NCBI GenBank assembly: GCA_000934665.2
Contig: JYFJ02001669.1
Location: 1 to 64,000 of the forward strand
Source of the DNA: Catajapyx aquilonaris
Lineage: Eukaryota
Direction: 5' to 3'
DNA: 64,000 bases
The translations under genes and the position numbers were made by a program. The notes under the pieces are model-generated. The model saw only the letters and a program-made list of their open reading frames with translations, did not search any database and had not been told where the DNA came from. This document shows, one piece after another, positions 14,037 through 27,300 of this stretch (its first letter is position 1; every line of letters begins with the position of its first letter).

Positions 14037-14920
14037 TTACATTATATTTTTATTATGATATTACATTATATTTTTATTATGATATTACATTATATTTTTA
14101 TTATGATATTACATTATATTTTTATTATGCTATTATATTATTATATGATTATATTTGATTGTTACATTTTATAACATTGTTATTATAAACGGCAAAGTTT
14201 GTTTGTTTGTTTGTCCCCTCCCCCCACCGCCCTGGCGGTTTGGGTAATAATAACATGTACATAATTATATACAATGGTAAGTTTGTTTGTTTGTCCATGG
14301 CAACCGGAGTTAACATGCGGCAACAAAATTACGTCACCATATGGAAACAGGCCGTGCGAAGAACGGGCTCCACTGCTATAGTCATATCATATTTTTACCA
14401 AATAATCATAAAATATCATCCCAGCAACCAAATTGAAGCAACAACTCGCGTCTGGCCCTCTGTAGCAATTAACCATTCAATGAGCAATTTAATTAAGTGA
14501 GCGATTAACATGAGTCTGTTCGACTGGGTTGCTGGGATGAACAATCAAGAGGTGGCATGCCTTTTTTTAAAACATGCCTACTGCAATAATTTTCTTGAAA
14601 AATATTATGACAAAAAATAGTATAGTCTATAGTACAGTAAAAGGGGCAAACTGTTACATGCTAGGTTTTTTGTTCGTTGAAATTGCGGCAATTATTAATT
14701 AAGGGTGATAACAACACACCCGGCTGGATGTTGTACATTTGTGAGACTTGCACCTACGTGCACATCCCACATGTCACAACTGCATAACGTGGCGTAAATG
14801 CAATTAGCAAATGCAAACGCAAACAGTTACAGTACAGTTTCGCATTGCAGCACTCCGCACAATGTCATTGTGATAATTTTACGCCTATATCATATCAAGC
14901 AACAAATAATTATTTTAAAT

Positions 14921-14927
14921 AATGATA

Positions 14928-14985
<58 letters not shown>
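14921..14985. repeat. (GAT)n microsatellite
   Basis: Direct read. Confidence 0.95.
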
Positions 14986-14989
<4 letters not shown>

Positions 14990-16916
14990 GTACAATTTGT
15001 TTGGGCATAGACGTCAGCAATGTTGCCATTGTGACGTCAGCGCAATTTGCACTGCCTGTTACATTATTATTAATAATTCCATTACAGGAGCCAGCAATTG
15101 ACGCACGTGGAAAAAATCAGCAATTAACGTAATGAAAATTAAGCCTCGGTTGCACGCAAGAAAAAATGTCAGATTTAGACGCATGCGAATAGCTGCATAT
15201 GCTAATTAATTTATGATCGTACTACCGGTAGTCCTTATTAATAATTAAAATTGTGCACACAAATCACGGCGAATATGTATGGGAAATTACCAGTAATTTT
15301 TGTCAGATCGAGATAATATTTTTGCGGAGGTTTCACTTGGTATAAATTATTTCCGGAAGCTTGGCTATCGTAGCCATGCGCAGGGTACGACACACCCTGT
15401 GCTTCTACCGTACTCGACATGACCCGAGGCGTCGGTGGCGTCGAGACGTCATCATCGCACTAACACCCTGTACAAAATCGACCGCGTGCGTGTACAGTGG
15501 CCTCACCCATGATGTCGCCGCGGTGACGGATTAGAGCAGGTCACACATGGGGGGAGGCGTCGGCAGGGTGGGGGCGTCGGAGGCGTCGGGAGGGTCTTCT
15601 CCTCTTCCCCCGCCGCCTTTGGAACACACACACTTTTTTTCCTTCCTTTTTCCTACGCCTCCTCTTCTTGGTCCTGCGAAGGGATAGGCGCCGCAGTGCG
15701 GGGCTCCTGAGCTCCATCTGACGACCTCTCCGTCCGGCGCCGGCGTCGCCTAACGACGACCACCACGAGGGGAGACGCTCAGGCGCCGGCGCCTACACAC
15801 GTAATACAAACCATCCATTGACAGCCAAGAGTAGAGACTTCCCGGATGCCAACCTTGCTCTTGGCCCACCTATTACAGGCACGACGACGTCTCAATCACT
15901 ATGACAAGCGCTCAAAACGACGCTGGCGACGCATTACAGACGTTGACTCATCAACAACGTGCATGTAGTAACCACTTTAGCCGTGGAGTGGCAGCAGTGT
16001 GCAGAGAGCCACAGGATGAGCGCCATCTGTTTGTGGCATATCGTACTAAGTCCGTGCTGGGCAGTGTTGCCAAATTGGCTCGTTTGGATAACATGAGCGT
16101 GGGAAGCTTCTGATTGACTATATCTCACGATGCAGGTTGAGTCTATAGGAGGCCATAGCCCTGCCTCAAGGTCATGCTCAATGTGCATACAGAAAAGGAG
16201 GTCAACAAAACGCATATGCGGCACTGCAGATATTATAACAAGACGATCTGGCTCGCAGCCATGTCTTCCTTTTTTTTTTTCGTTTCTGAACGATCCAGAC
16301 GCGTACGCACAGTGCACCACCCTCTAAATGTGCTATCGTCGGCTATCTGGCAAACAGGGCTAACATTTATCGCCTCTATAGCAAGACAAGTACTTGACCT
16401 TTGGGTATACTGATGTTGACAATTACGCATCGGAATTAAATTGTTACGCTCACGAGCAGGTTGGAAACGACGCAAATTGCCAAATTATTCAGCAACAACT
16501 TACTTCTCAGGCCAGTGGTTTGCTGGGGTCAACAAGCCATGTCATGACAATGAGGTGTATAACAGTCTATTTAAAAAAAGTCGGTGACCTCGATTTATTC
16601 CTGTACAATTCTTCTGAATAAAGAGCTCGTCTTCCCTGTTCTTTTCCTGTCATTTAAATCGTTGCCCTTGTGTTTCAAATCGACGCACCCTTTCATCTCA
16701 AGGCTCGTCCGACGGCCATTCTTCACTGAATAAAAAACAAACAACAGGTGAAGTTGGCAACAAGTGGTAGTCCTTACTTTTGCCCTTTCATTGATATCAT
16801 GGTCCTGGATTAATCCTCAGGTATCGGTTTTATCAAACGCTAATATATATTAAGGAAAATCTGTTTGCGCAGTACACATCATCACTCACTTTCACTCAAC
16901 ATTCAAAATGTTAGCA

Positions 16917-17288
16917 CGAAGTTTGCAATAATAAATAAATAAATAAATAAATAAATAAATAGGCAAAGTTTCCACATAACATGTACAGTACCACCTCTAG
17001 TGTAAATAAATAAGTAAATAAGTAAATAAATATATAAATGAATAAATGGGCAAACTTTGCAATTGAGATGGTTCCATCTGCAGTAATTGGAAATAAATAA
17101 ATAAATATGCAAAGTTTGCACATGAGAGTGTACCACCTCTAGTGTAAATAAATAAATAAGTAAATAAATATATATATATATATAAATAAATGGGCAAACT
17201 TTGCAATTGAGATGGTTCCATCTGCAGTAATTGGAAGTAAATAAATAAATATGCAAAGTTTGCACATGAGAGTGTACCACCTCTAGTG

Positions 17289-17335
<47 letters not shown>

Positions 17336-17370
17336 ATAGGCAAAGTTTGCACATGAGAGCGTACCACCTT
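16917..17370. repeat. Tandem repeat of about 143-bp units with (TAAA)n and GCAAAGTTTGC...GTACCACCTCTAGTGT cores
   Basis: GTACCACCTCTAGTGTAAATA recurs at about 16988, 17130 and 17274. Confidence 0.85.
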
Positions 17371-18334
17371 TTGTGCAAACGAACAAACCTATACAGTAGA
17401 CATCAGTTACGATGCACAATCGTTGTATAGATAAATTTTGCGACACGTCTGGCTGTATAATTATGCGAAGGCAATTTAAGGCGACAATTAGTTTGTTACT
17501 ATACGAGTATACGTACACGTACCGACTTTTGTCTTCAATTTGGACATTGCATGAACAGTAAATGTGTATGTTGAATTCTGTACATTTGCAATCATTGCGT
17601 TTGGTTCGTATACAATAGGATTAGGGAGTACCAGTTTTATTTTCCACAGTCGAGTACAACTGACCACAACCCACAAGTGCCTCCCTCCTCCTCAGGTCAT
17701 ATTCTCTTTCCAAACGAGCCCCTCTCACTTTCTTTATTCCCATGTAAATAACGCAATCCACGACCTTGGTCTGCTGCGTCTTCTCTTCATTTTTTTTTTT
17801 TTCTCAGGCAGGTGAGTGTGCCTCTCTCCTCGGATTGGTTCAAACTTTCCACTAGATGGCGATGTGGCCAGGTGAGCAACACACACAAACCTGCTCTCAT
17901 TAAGTCTTTGCACAGAGAAGCAGATGGAGTTTGCTCTAAGGGCTCTGGAAGGTGTGGCCAGGTTCCTGGACCAGTTTGCCAAGCTGGCCCTCTGGATGAA
18001 CCTGGCCACATGGGGGTCAACACTGGTGGTCACAGGTTGGAACCACATGCTGTATGGACCCAGGAAGCTGTGGAGGAGGATGAGGAGGAAGAGGGGGCAA
18101 GACTCGTCCCAATCTCCGGACTCAGACTCCCTAGAGGACGTCACCGTCGAGCCTCCTCCTCGACGGCACAAGAAGAAGAAGAAGAAGACCAAGCATAGGG
18201 ACCAGCCCCAGACACATCCACAGCCCCCGACACGTTATTAGCGAGAGAAAGTTGGCGCCTGACGCAACTTGTATGCAGCACAAGGTCCTGCCGGTACGTA
18301 TGCCGCAATATCACGGGACAAAAAGACATTCATC

Positions 18335-18790
18335 AGATATGTGGCAACACTGTGTCATGATGTGGCAACCTTGGAAGGGTCACATGGCACCTGTTGGCGC
18401 CACTGTCTGGTACCGGTGCCAAGTCATCAGTGTATCAATATGTGTGCTGAACTATTTCACATCATGGCACCTCCATGTATGCAGCAATATCACAGGGCAG
18501 AGACATTCCGAACTGTGGCAACACTGGTGGCACCTGCCCCGCCATCTTGGAAGGGTCACATGGCACCTCTTGGCGCCACTGTCTGGTACCGGTGCCAAGT
18601 CATCAGTGTATCGTCGAGTCTGCTGAACTATTTGACATCATGGCACCTCCATAGTACTACACTTCATTCCAAGCTGTGGCAACACCGCTAATGTGGCACC
18701 TGCACCGCCATCTTGGAGGGGTCACATGGCACCTGTTGGCGCCACTGTCTGGCACTTGTGTCGGGTCATCAGTGTACAGTCGCATTATTT
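18335..18790. repeat. GC-rich tandem repeat of about 170-bp units (about 3 copies)
   Basis: GGGTCACATGGCACC..TTGGCGCCACTGTCTGG...GTCATCAGTGTA recurs three times. Confidence 0.85.
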
Positions 18791-18911
18791 GACGTCGCCT
18801 CTATGGTATCACTTGTCCGAAGTGCCATCCTGGTATATCTGTGATACTGTCCGCAACAGTACCATGGTACTACGTTGACTGTTGGCAACTGTGAACAGCG
18901 TCATCTCTACT

Positions 18912-19141
18912 GCCGTCAGATATGAGAAGACCGTAACTCAATGTCCACTTCCCCTTGCGCCGCTTGCGACGAGAAAAAAAAAGCAGTGGTACCAAAAGCA
19001 CCCAACAGGTGGAGTTGGGATGCCGTTCCTTTTCCCCCCTTCCCCCAACGCCACCTCTTGGATGCTTTCGGTAACACTTGCTTTCTTTTCTCGCCGCAAG
19101 GGAAGTGGATATTGAGTTACGGTCCTCTCGCATCTGACGGC
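18912..19141. repeat. Imperfect long hairpin (about 230 bp)
   Basis: GCCGTCAGATATGAGAAGACCGTAACTCAATGTCCACTTCCC pairs with GGGAAGTGGATATTGAGTTACGGTCCTCTCGCATCTGACGGC, with further pairing inward. Confidence 0.85.
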
Positions 19142-20612
19142 CATTGTGGCACCTTTTCCTGGTGCATCTGACGTCACTTTTGTACCATGGTACTCCATTG
19201 GTGTGACTTAGCTACTGAAACTGGTACCGTATTGTGGCACCCTGATCATCCTGGTACCAGCGCCATTGTGGCACCTTTTTCTGGTGCGTCTGGCGTCACG
19301 TCAGGTGCCACGCTCTACGTCATCATGAAATGACTCATAGTGAGAGTTTTGTATGCCATTTTCGCACAATTGTACATTAAACTGAAGCGATTGTTCTGTA
19401 AATACTCGTGTGAACCTGTAAATTTTTTATATGCGAAAATTATAAGGTGTGCGTGTGCACATACGCGGAAGATCTTGTAATAATAATAAAAAATATTGCT
19501 CAGTATTGTACATATGAATTTTGCTCATTTTTTTGCGATATACCCGGACAAGACCAGCGGAAGTGATACAGTGTACCTGCGGCCATACCAATAGTTCACA
19601 AGAGGTTGCTCGACACTTTAAAAAAATTCGCATGCAAATTTTTGCAAGCACATTACACGCTCTGATAATATTGCACAATGTTGCAGACACGTGTTGGCAA
19701 CAAAACAATTCGTTACAATAACTACGAGAAACATATTGTGAAGCTAATATATAGCTGTTGGAAAAGTAGCTGCTTATCTAGTGCTAAAAAATTTGCGCTA
19801 ATTATAACGACACATGCAGTCAATTAACATCTTTTAAGGTCAAACAACAGGTCAGCACCAAATAGCTCTTGCGCAATTGGGAGAAATTCTTTCGCACTTT
19901 TTTTTCGCAAACTTGCTCTACAACAATAGGGTCTGCCTCTGCTATTGTTGCTAGCAACAATGGTATAGACAATACTTATATATTTTTGGCACAGTTCACA
20001 ACAATTCAAGCGAGGAAAACAAAAAACTAGTGGGCGGAAAATCGGCGCATTTCAACCGTGCAATGAATCAGTCACGGAGTTGCGCAGGTAAAAAAACTGA
20101 ATGAAAGGTAATTGCACTTCAAGTTCATGCATAGTTAGTACTTCAAACCATTTGCAAATAAACGTAACTTAGAAATAAATAAATAAAGTACATTAACTGC
20201 CAGTCACACGAACCATTATTTGCCCCTAAACTGTCATGGCGGACATCACCTGTCACATTGTACGAGTGCGCACCCACTTTCGCGCAGCTACAGAGACTCG
20301 GCGGCGTCTTAAACGTCCGCCATTTTGTTCCCCCCACCCAACAAGCGTAGCGTTGGAAATAAGCACCCACTATACATTAGCGCTCATCCACTATCATTGA
20401 TATTTCCGACCCTGATAGCTGAACCCACTTTCGGACTACTGAGAGTGCTGAAATTTTGGCACAATGACGTCTTACGTGCCGCTGATTCAGGAAAACGTCC
20501 GTAAACCGCACTTTTTTGAGTCTAAATACCCAAAATGTTAGGATTTAATTGCTCTAGAGAGGGTATTGAAATAATAACCGACATCGATCGATAAAACCTA
20601 TCAGCTCTAGGC

Positions 20613-20974
20613 CAGGGAGCATATACTACATAAGAGGCGCAAACTTCTGTCGGCGCCTTTGATGTCCGCGTCTCTCTGTTTGGGGCCGTTGCCAAGGCTG
20701 ACGGCCATTTTGAAGTGTGGGCAACGCCAACGAGGTATAAGTAGGGTAGAGGCAAAATAGGGTCCGCCATCTTTGAAGATTTTGGCGGCCATGGCAACTA
20801 CACGGCAAGCGCACGCGCGAATCAAAGATGGCGGACCCTATTTTTGCCTGTACCCTATTTATATACCTCGTTGGCGTTGCCCACACTTCAAAATGGCCGC
20901 CAGCCTTGGCAAGCCCCAAACAGAGAGACGCGGAAATCGAATGTTTGCGCCTCTTATGTAGTATATGCTCCCTG
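20613..20974. mobile_element. Foldback P-like MITE, copy 2 (opposite orientation)
   Basis: Same TIRs as 6706-7076. Flanks TCTAGGC / TCTAGAC (7 bp, one mismatch). Confidence 0.85.
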
Positions 20975-22084
20975 TCTAGACAGTCTATCTATATCACTCT
21001 AGACATCCTCATTTATTGATAAACCCTAAATCATTTACTGCGGGAATAAGACGTCTTCACACACGATGCAATAATTATTACACTTTTTCCCCCCTAATTA
21101 TTCTACGACCCTGGTAAGATCACACGGAAGTAACAAATGCATCACCTTTTTTTTTTACATTAATTGCAGTCATAAAGAGGGTGCAATTAATGCTATTTAA
21201 AATTGTTTTATAGACGAGTATATGGCGTTTCGTCGTCGTCTTCAGAATATCAAGGCCGAGTGTCAAATTTTTTTTGGTACACCCTGTACAGGGATATAAT
21301 TAGCAACATTCGTGCAACGCACATTTGACGTACTTTCCCACTCTATTTGTATGTTTAAAAAAATATATTTAAATATATAATATAAAACCGAATTGCCTGA
21401 AAAATCCCAGCTGATTGCAACATGTAAGTTTTTTTGACTCTTGAAACTAATGTTGGTGTTTTTTAAAACTCCTTATGCAAAGCATGGTGAAGCAAAAGGC
21501 ATGTTTATTAATGGTATTTGCAATAATCTTCACGGCCATCTGGTGATGCATGAAATATTATATGCTAACACAGTGGAGTCAGCCATTTATTATTATGTAA
21601 AGTCACACAACCGATGCAATAAATTTATATAATTTAAAAAAATCTTATTCGGATGAATAAGTTGCACATAACTGTTGAAACCCGACCTAAAATCACTCAT
21701 TTCATCCACTTATAGTCATATACAATACAATACATAATGTGCTATAATACAATACAAAAAAATATATTATGCTATAGTATAATTCACAATACTTACATAA
21801 TTATATACAATGCTATAACTACTACTCTCTCAGGACCGCATAATTAAATCCAATATATTCCACATGGTGTTGCCCTATTGTTGCACCGCAACAACGGCAT
21901 GTAGAATAATTAAAAGGCTAATGAGCAATTCCATGCAGTTGACACCAGGATTGGTTAGGTGGTTGCATAGGGTGATTAGATCCATTAAAAAATTATCTGA
22001 GAAACCGGACATAAGTGATACAAATCATTCCATCTCGCTACAACAAAGCGGACACACCACAAATTGCAATCTTCTGTTATCGAG

Positions 22085-22900
22085 AGTACATACAGTATGT
22101 ACATTATTTAAATGCAGCACACATACAGTAATGTACATTATTTAAATACAGTACACATACAGTATGCACATTATTTAAATCCAGTACATATACAGTATGT
22201 ACATCATGTAAATAAAAATTACAGTATGTACATTTAAATAAGTACACATACAGTATGTACATTTAAATGAGTACACATAAATATGTACATTTAAATGAGT
22301 ACACATAAATATGTACATTTAAATTAGTACATACAGTATGTACATGGTTTTAAAATACATGGCACATACAGTATGTACATGGTTTTAAATACATGGTATA
22401 TACAGTATGTACATGGTTTTAAATACATGGTATATACAGTATGTACATGGTTTTAAAATACATGGCACATACAGCATGTACATGGTTTTTAAATACATGG
22501 CACATACAGTATGCACCCGATTTTAAAATACATGGCACATACAGCATGTACATGGTTTTTAAATACATGGTACATACACTATATGTACATGGTTTTAAAA
22601 TACATGGGACATACAGTATGCACATGATTTGAAAATACATGCACATACAGTATGCACATGATTTGAAAATACATGCACATACAGTATGCACATGATTTGA
22701 AAATACATGCCCATACAGTATGCACATGATTTGAAAATACATTGCACATACAGTATGCACATGATTTTAAAATACATGGCACATACATTATGTACATGGT
22801 TTTAAAATACATGGTACATACAGTATGTCCATGATTTAAATAAAAAATTAATGTACATGATTTAAATAGGTACACATACAGTATGTACATTATTTAAATG
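22085..22900. repeat. Minisatellite of about 35 bp (ATACAGTATGTACATGGTTTTAAAATACATGGCAC)
   Basis: More than 20 tandem degenerate units. Confidence 0.92.
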
Positions 22901-24396
22901 CAAATTACAGTATTTACAATTTACTACACTCCAATATTACGTGGGCAACTAATATTTTTTACCCTTCATGAATTCACCGTATCTCCAACCATTGGACTGA
23001 AATAATGATGTGAATACATCGTAACAATTATTATATTACGTCTCAAGGAATCCACAGCACAACAATCGGGCAAGGTCACAGACCGTTTGCCCCTCAACAA
23101 TCAGTTTGCACTATTGCAATTTATTCAACCCTTACTCCTCTTGAAACTGGTTGCCGGGGCAAACAATCCGCAAACTTTCCCCCCACCCCCTCATTGTTGC
23201 AATGTGGACGTACCATCAGTGCACCACCGCAAGTCATGAATAAATAAAATGGCAATGATCCCACAGAGGTAATGGTGTGCCTTGTTGTAATGAGGTGAGA
23301 TATACTTTTTTTATTATTATTGCATCAGTTATGTACAGATTAAACACACACACACACACACATAATAATTATGTAATGATCTATCAAACAAAAAAAAAAG
23401 GGGGCAAAGAATAGTAAGAATCAGCAACAATGCAATGCGCATATTATTGCTGGTGACACCATGTATTACTCAAAAAAAAAAAATTAATACTAATTACAAC
23501 GTAATCGCCATCGCGACATTGCTTCTTTTTTTGCCGCAAGTAATTTCTACCGTTGTTCATCATTACGGAGCGGATCCGGAGCACAAACTGTTTGCATTTG
23601 TAAAGCACGAGACAGGCTTAGTTGCATATTTTTGCAATCTGCGATTCAACAGCAAATGGTTTTCCGCAGCTTAAACAGTTTGGCCTCCGACCCTTTCATT
23701 ACGAAACACCACTCTTCAAATTCTGTACCCAGAATATATTGATGACGACTTTTGCTCCACCAAAGCTTGCATCAGATTCAACCGAAACAATTTCTCTTCT
23801 CAAACTGAAACCACCCTAACCTCCCAACAACAGGAACGACTGATGATGTTCTGCGGGGGGTTATTTTGTTTTGCAGGTATCGCCGTGTGACTGGATAAGT
23901 CCTTTACTTTTCCTCGTACACAATCACACATTCCACTCAAGAAAAAAATTTATTCCACAATAAATTCTAATGCATAAAACCTTCATCCATTTTCTTTTTT
24001 TTTTTTAAAGCGTTTCGCCAGCATCAATCGAGGGAACTGCCCATTAAATTATGTAAAGCCAACGATTTATTACTTAGCGAAAGGTGGCACATTGGCAGAA
24101 TAATTTTACAACTCGCAATGCGATTATAACTTGGGACAATAAATATGCTGCGAATTATGGCATCACATAATTAATGGACAAGCCCCAACAGCGTTTGATT
24201 TAAAGTGTGCGGAATACCGCGGGACAGAGGCAGACACAAACGAGCTTAATGACTACTAAAGACACATCGTCTAATTTTAAAATACGTCCCAAGGCTGCGC
24301 AAGAGCTTTTTCGTTACTGCTTTTTTTTTTTTCAATGCATATTTACCTTTATCGCACGTGTATAATCAAGTATATACCCGGCTGGCTTTCAGAGGG

Positions 24397-27300
24397 TTAC
24401 CGTCTGGAAGGGAAGGGGAAGGGACGCCCCCCTCTGAATCCCCCTCTTGGTCCGCCCCGTCCACCCCTGGGCTGGTAGGGGGATCCGCCCCTCATCTGCC
24501 CACGGCCACGAAAGAACCTGGGGCCGCCTCTCTGCTGGCCCATTTGCGGGTTGAACTGCTGCATGTGAGGCGGCGGCGGGCCCATCATGGGCGGGTTAAA
24601 TTGCATCGGAGGTCGCAGCATGGGCCTGAACCCCATCTGATCTTGCGGTGGTTCCCATTGCGGCTGCTGAGGTGGCGGAGGAGGCGGCGGCTGACCCAAC
24701 CACTGCGGGGCTAGCATACGGGGCGGACCCATATCCTTTCCAGGCGGCGGGACGTCCATGGGTCGGATCTGCATATTCCCAGGATGCATGTTGCCGGGAT
24801 GACGTTGCATGAGCATCGGCGGCCCTCTCGGTGGCATGTTTCCGAATGGAAGTTGATGCCTCGGATGAAACCCTGGCGGCGGACCCGGCGGACCTGGCGG
24901 GCCAGGCGGGCCAGGCAGACCAGGCGGACCAGGCGGAACCCGGTTTACAGGCATCTCCGGGGGCTTGTCGGCATCTTCGTCGTCATCCTCCGTAAAGTCA
25001 ATAAAGGCAATCTTCACTGAGCCACGCTCCGGGTCGTCCGCCTTGTGCGATTTCCCCGGCTGCGACTCCTCCTCGTCACTCATCTCCATATCGACCGCCT
25101 CCGTGTTGTCGGTGTTGTTGATCGCAGGCGTTGGGGACGCCGGCGAATGTGTTGGGATCGCGGCGGGAGTCGGACTAGGTGTTGGCGGTTTGACGGTGAC
25201 CGTCACATTGCTGCCACTGGTTCGTCTCGTCCTGTAGTCAGTGTCGGTGAGCCTGTAGTCCTGATCTTCCTCCGAGTGCGCACTTGGAGGAGGCGAGAAC
25301 CTGGGCCTCTTCGCACTGTCAGTGAGTGTGATCAGGTTGCGGTGGTCCACGTCCTTAAACTGGTTGGACTGGTTTGGGTCCCTCCCGCGCATGAACATTA
25401 CTCGATGGTCAGTGTCTGGGGTGGGCAACCTGTGGTCAGTGTCTGGGGTGGACAGACGCTGCTCCTGGTCGAACTCGAGCGGGTCTGAAAAGGCAGTCTT
25501 CTCAAAAGACGGGGGCGATTCAGGCGTGTCGTCACTCCAGGTTGGGAACTTTGGGGGCAACTTGTTGGTGGTCCACTGCGGTGCCTGGTGAGGAGGTGGC
25601 GGCGGCGGCGGCGGAGGGAGGTGGGCAAAAGGCGGGGAGGTCAAGGCGGGAGTCCAGTCCATTTGTGGCGGCCGGTGCGGAGGAGGAGGCGGGGACTTGC
25701 GAGGTGGACGCTTGGAGGGCGGAGACGGCGATGGCGACGGCGGAGAGTTGGAAGGAGGCGAGGCTGGAGCAGCGATCGCAGCAGGTGGTACCTCCTTTTT
25801 GTTCGTTGGCGATGAAGAGGCCGCCATTTTCTGAAGGAAATCCGAGATGCTGAATCCCAGCCCTCCCTTGTTTCCGCCGATCACCTCGATCGGTTGGCCC
25901 TGAAAAAAACCATCATGAACATCCACATAATGGTACGGTTATCACGCTCGTATCGAAATACCTGTGCTGGCGACTGGTTCGGTGGTGGTTGGCTGAACGC
26001 AGGCGGATGATTATGCGCTGGTGTCGGAGAGGGCAGCGGGGCAGGAACCGGAAGCGGCGGGACGGGAGAAACCCCGCCCACAAATGGGGGAAGCAGCGGC
26101 GAAGAGTTGGCCGCTGATGCGCCTAAGCCTCTGCCGAAAATCCCTCCTTCCGAGCCCATCATGGAGGATAGCCTTGAATCCAGGCTGCTGCCGCCTTCAA
26201 CGGCATTTCCTGAAACAAACAGGTGTAAACGCATGGTCTGGTCGTACCCGTTGCCCGGTACTCACCCCTGCCAGCAACGGCATTGAAGATGAGGTCGGCC
26301 GCACTTGTGTTGTTATTGGTCATTGCTGTTGCAGCAGTGTCTGGTAGGTCGATGTCTGAGTTAGGCGAAGGCGACGGAGCGTTGACGTCGGGTGAGGGAA
26401 CTGGACTAGACTCGTCGTCTTCCGCTCTGCTAACCCCAGCCGAAGTGATTGAATCGAGCCTGGTCTGCAGCTGCTTCACTCGCTGTCCAAAGTTGCGGTA
26501 GGCGTTCACCACGACCTTGGCCTCTCCCTTCTGAGCCTCATAGAAAATCTGACTCTGCTCCAGAAGGTCGATCAGTTCAAGGCGGGCGGACACCTCGCTC
26601 TCAAGAGCCTGGACGTAAGCCTGCATCAGCTCCAGGCGCTCCTCGACACGTCCAACCGCATCGTCACCAGCCTGCCGATCTGTTTGGTCGTAATTAAAAC
26701 CATGTTCGGCCCACCCTCGCTACAACCACATTACCTTTCAGGTTTCTCCTGAGCTCCTCAACGTCGGCCATGGTCATGGAAGCCTCGTTCACGTTCTTCA
26801 AGCGAGTGTCCGTCTCATCCTCCAGGCCCTTCACCGTCTTGATCTTGCCCACCAGGGTCTCCGGCTGGAAGTCGGCCAGCAGACGGGCATTCTCGGCCGT
26901 GTTTCCTCTGGCCGCATTGGCCAGCAAGGAGCAAAGGTCGGACACAAAGGACTCCTCGTACACGCCACGCTCGTCCCATATCTTGAAGATGCGCTGCACT
27001 TGGCGACGAATCTTCTCGTCCCTTCAGGGAATAAAAGGGTGACATGTAACACAACATTCGACAACACAGCAATTCCGTCTGCAAAAATCCGGACGGGTTA
27101 GTCACTCCATAATGTACGATGGGCTTCAATAGTGTCGAACCACTCAAAAAAATTATCAGCGCTTAGCAGTCGCGATTCATTTAAAATCCGATGTCTTTGC
27201 ACATCACGTCAGCGATGCAAAAGTGAGCAGGAAATCTCCTGACGCAGCCGTCTACTTTCAATAAATCTGCATAATCACATGCAAAGCGATTGGGCTTCTC

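Noticed and set aside
15901..16113. THAP domain suggested by ACSNHF
   Set aside because: Lacks the N-terminal CxxxC, Pro and Trp of THAP. A single short motif is insufficient.
16903..17518. Hydrophobic membrane-protein ORFs (YLFI repeats)
   Set aside because: Translations of (TAAA)n tandem repeats.
22085..22900. Regular 35-bp repeats as a CRISPR array
   Set aside because: Head-to-tail degenerate units with no unique spacers, no cas genes, and a eukaryotic context: a minisatellite. The same applies to 30.4-31.1, 41.2-41.6 and 54.2-54.7 kb.
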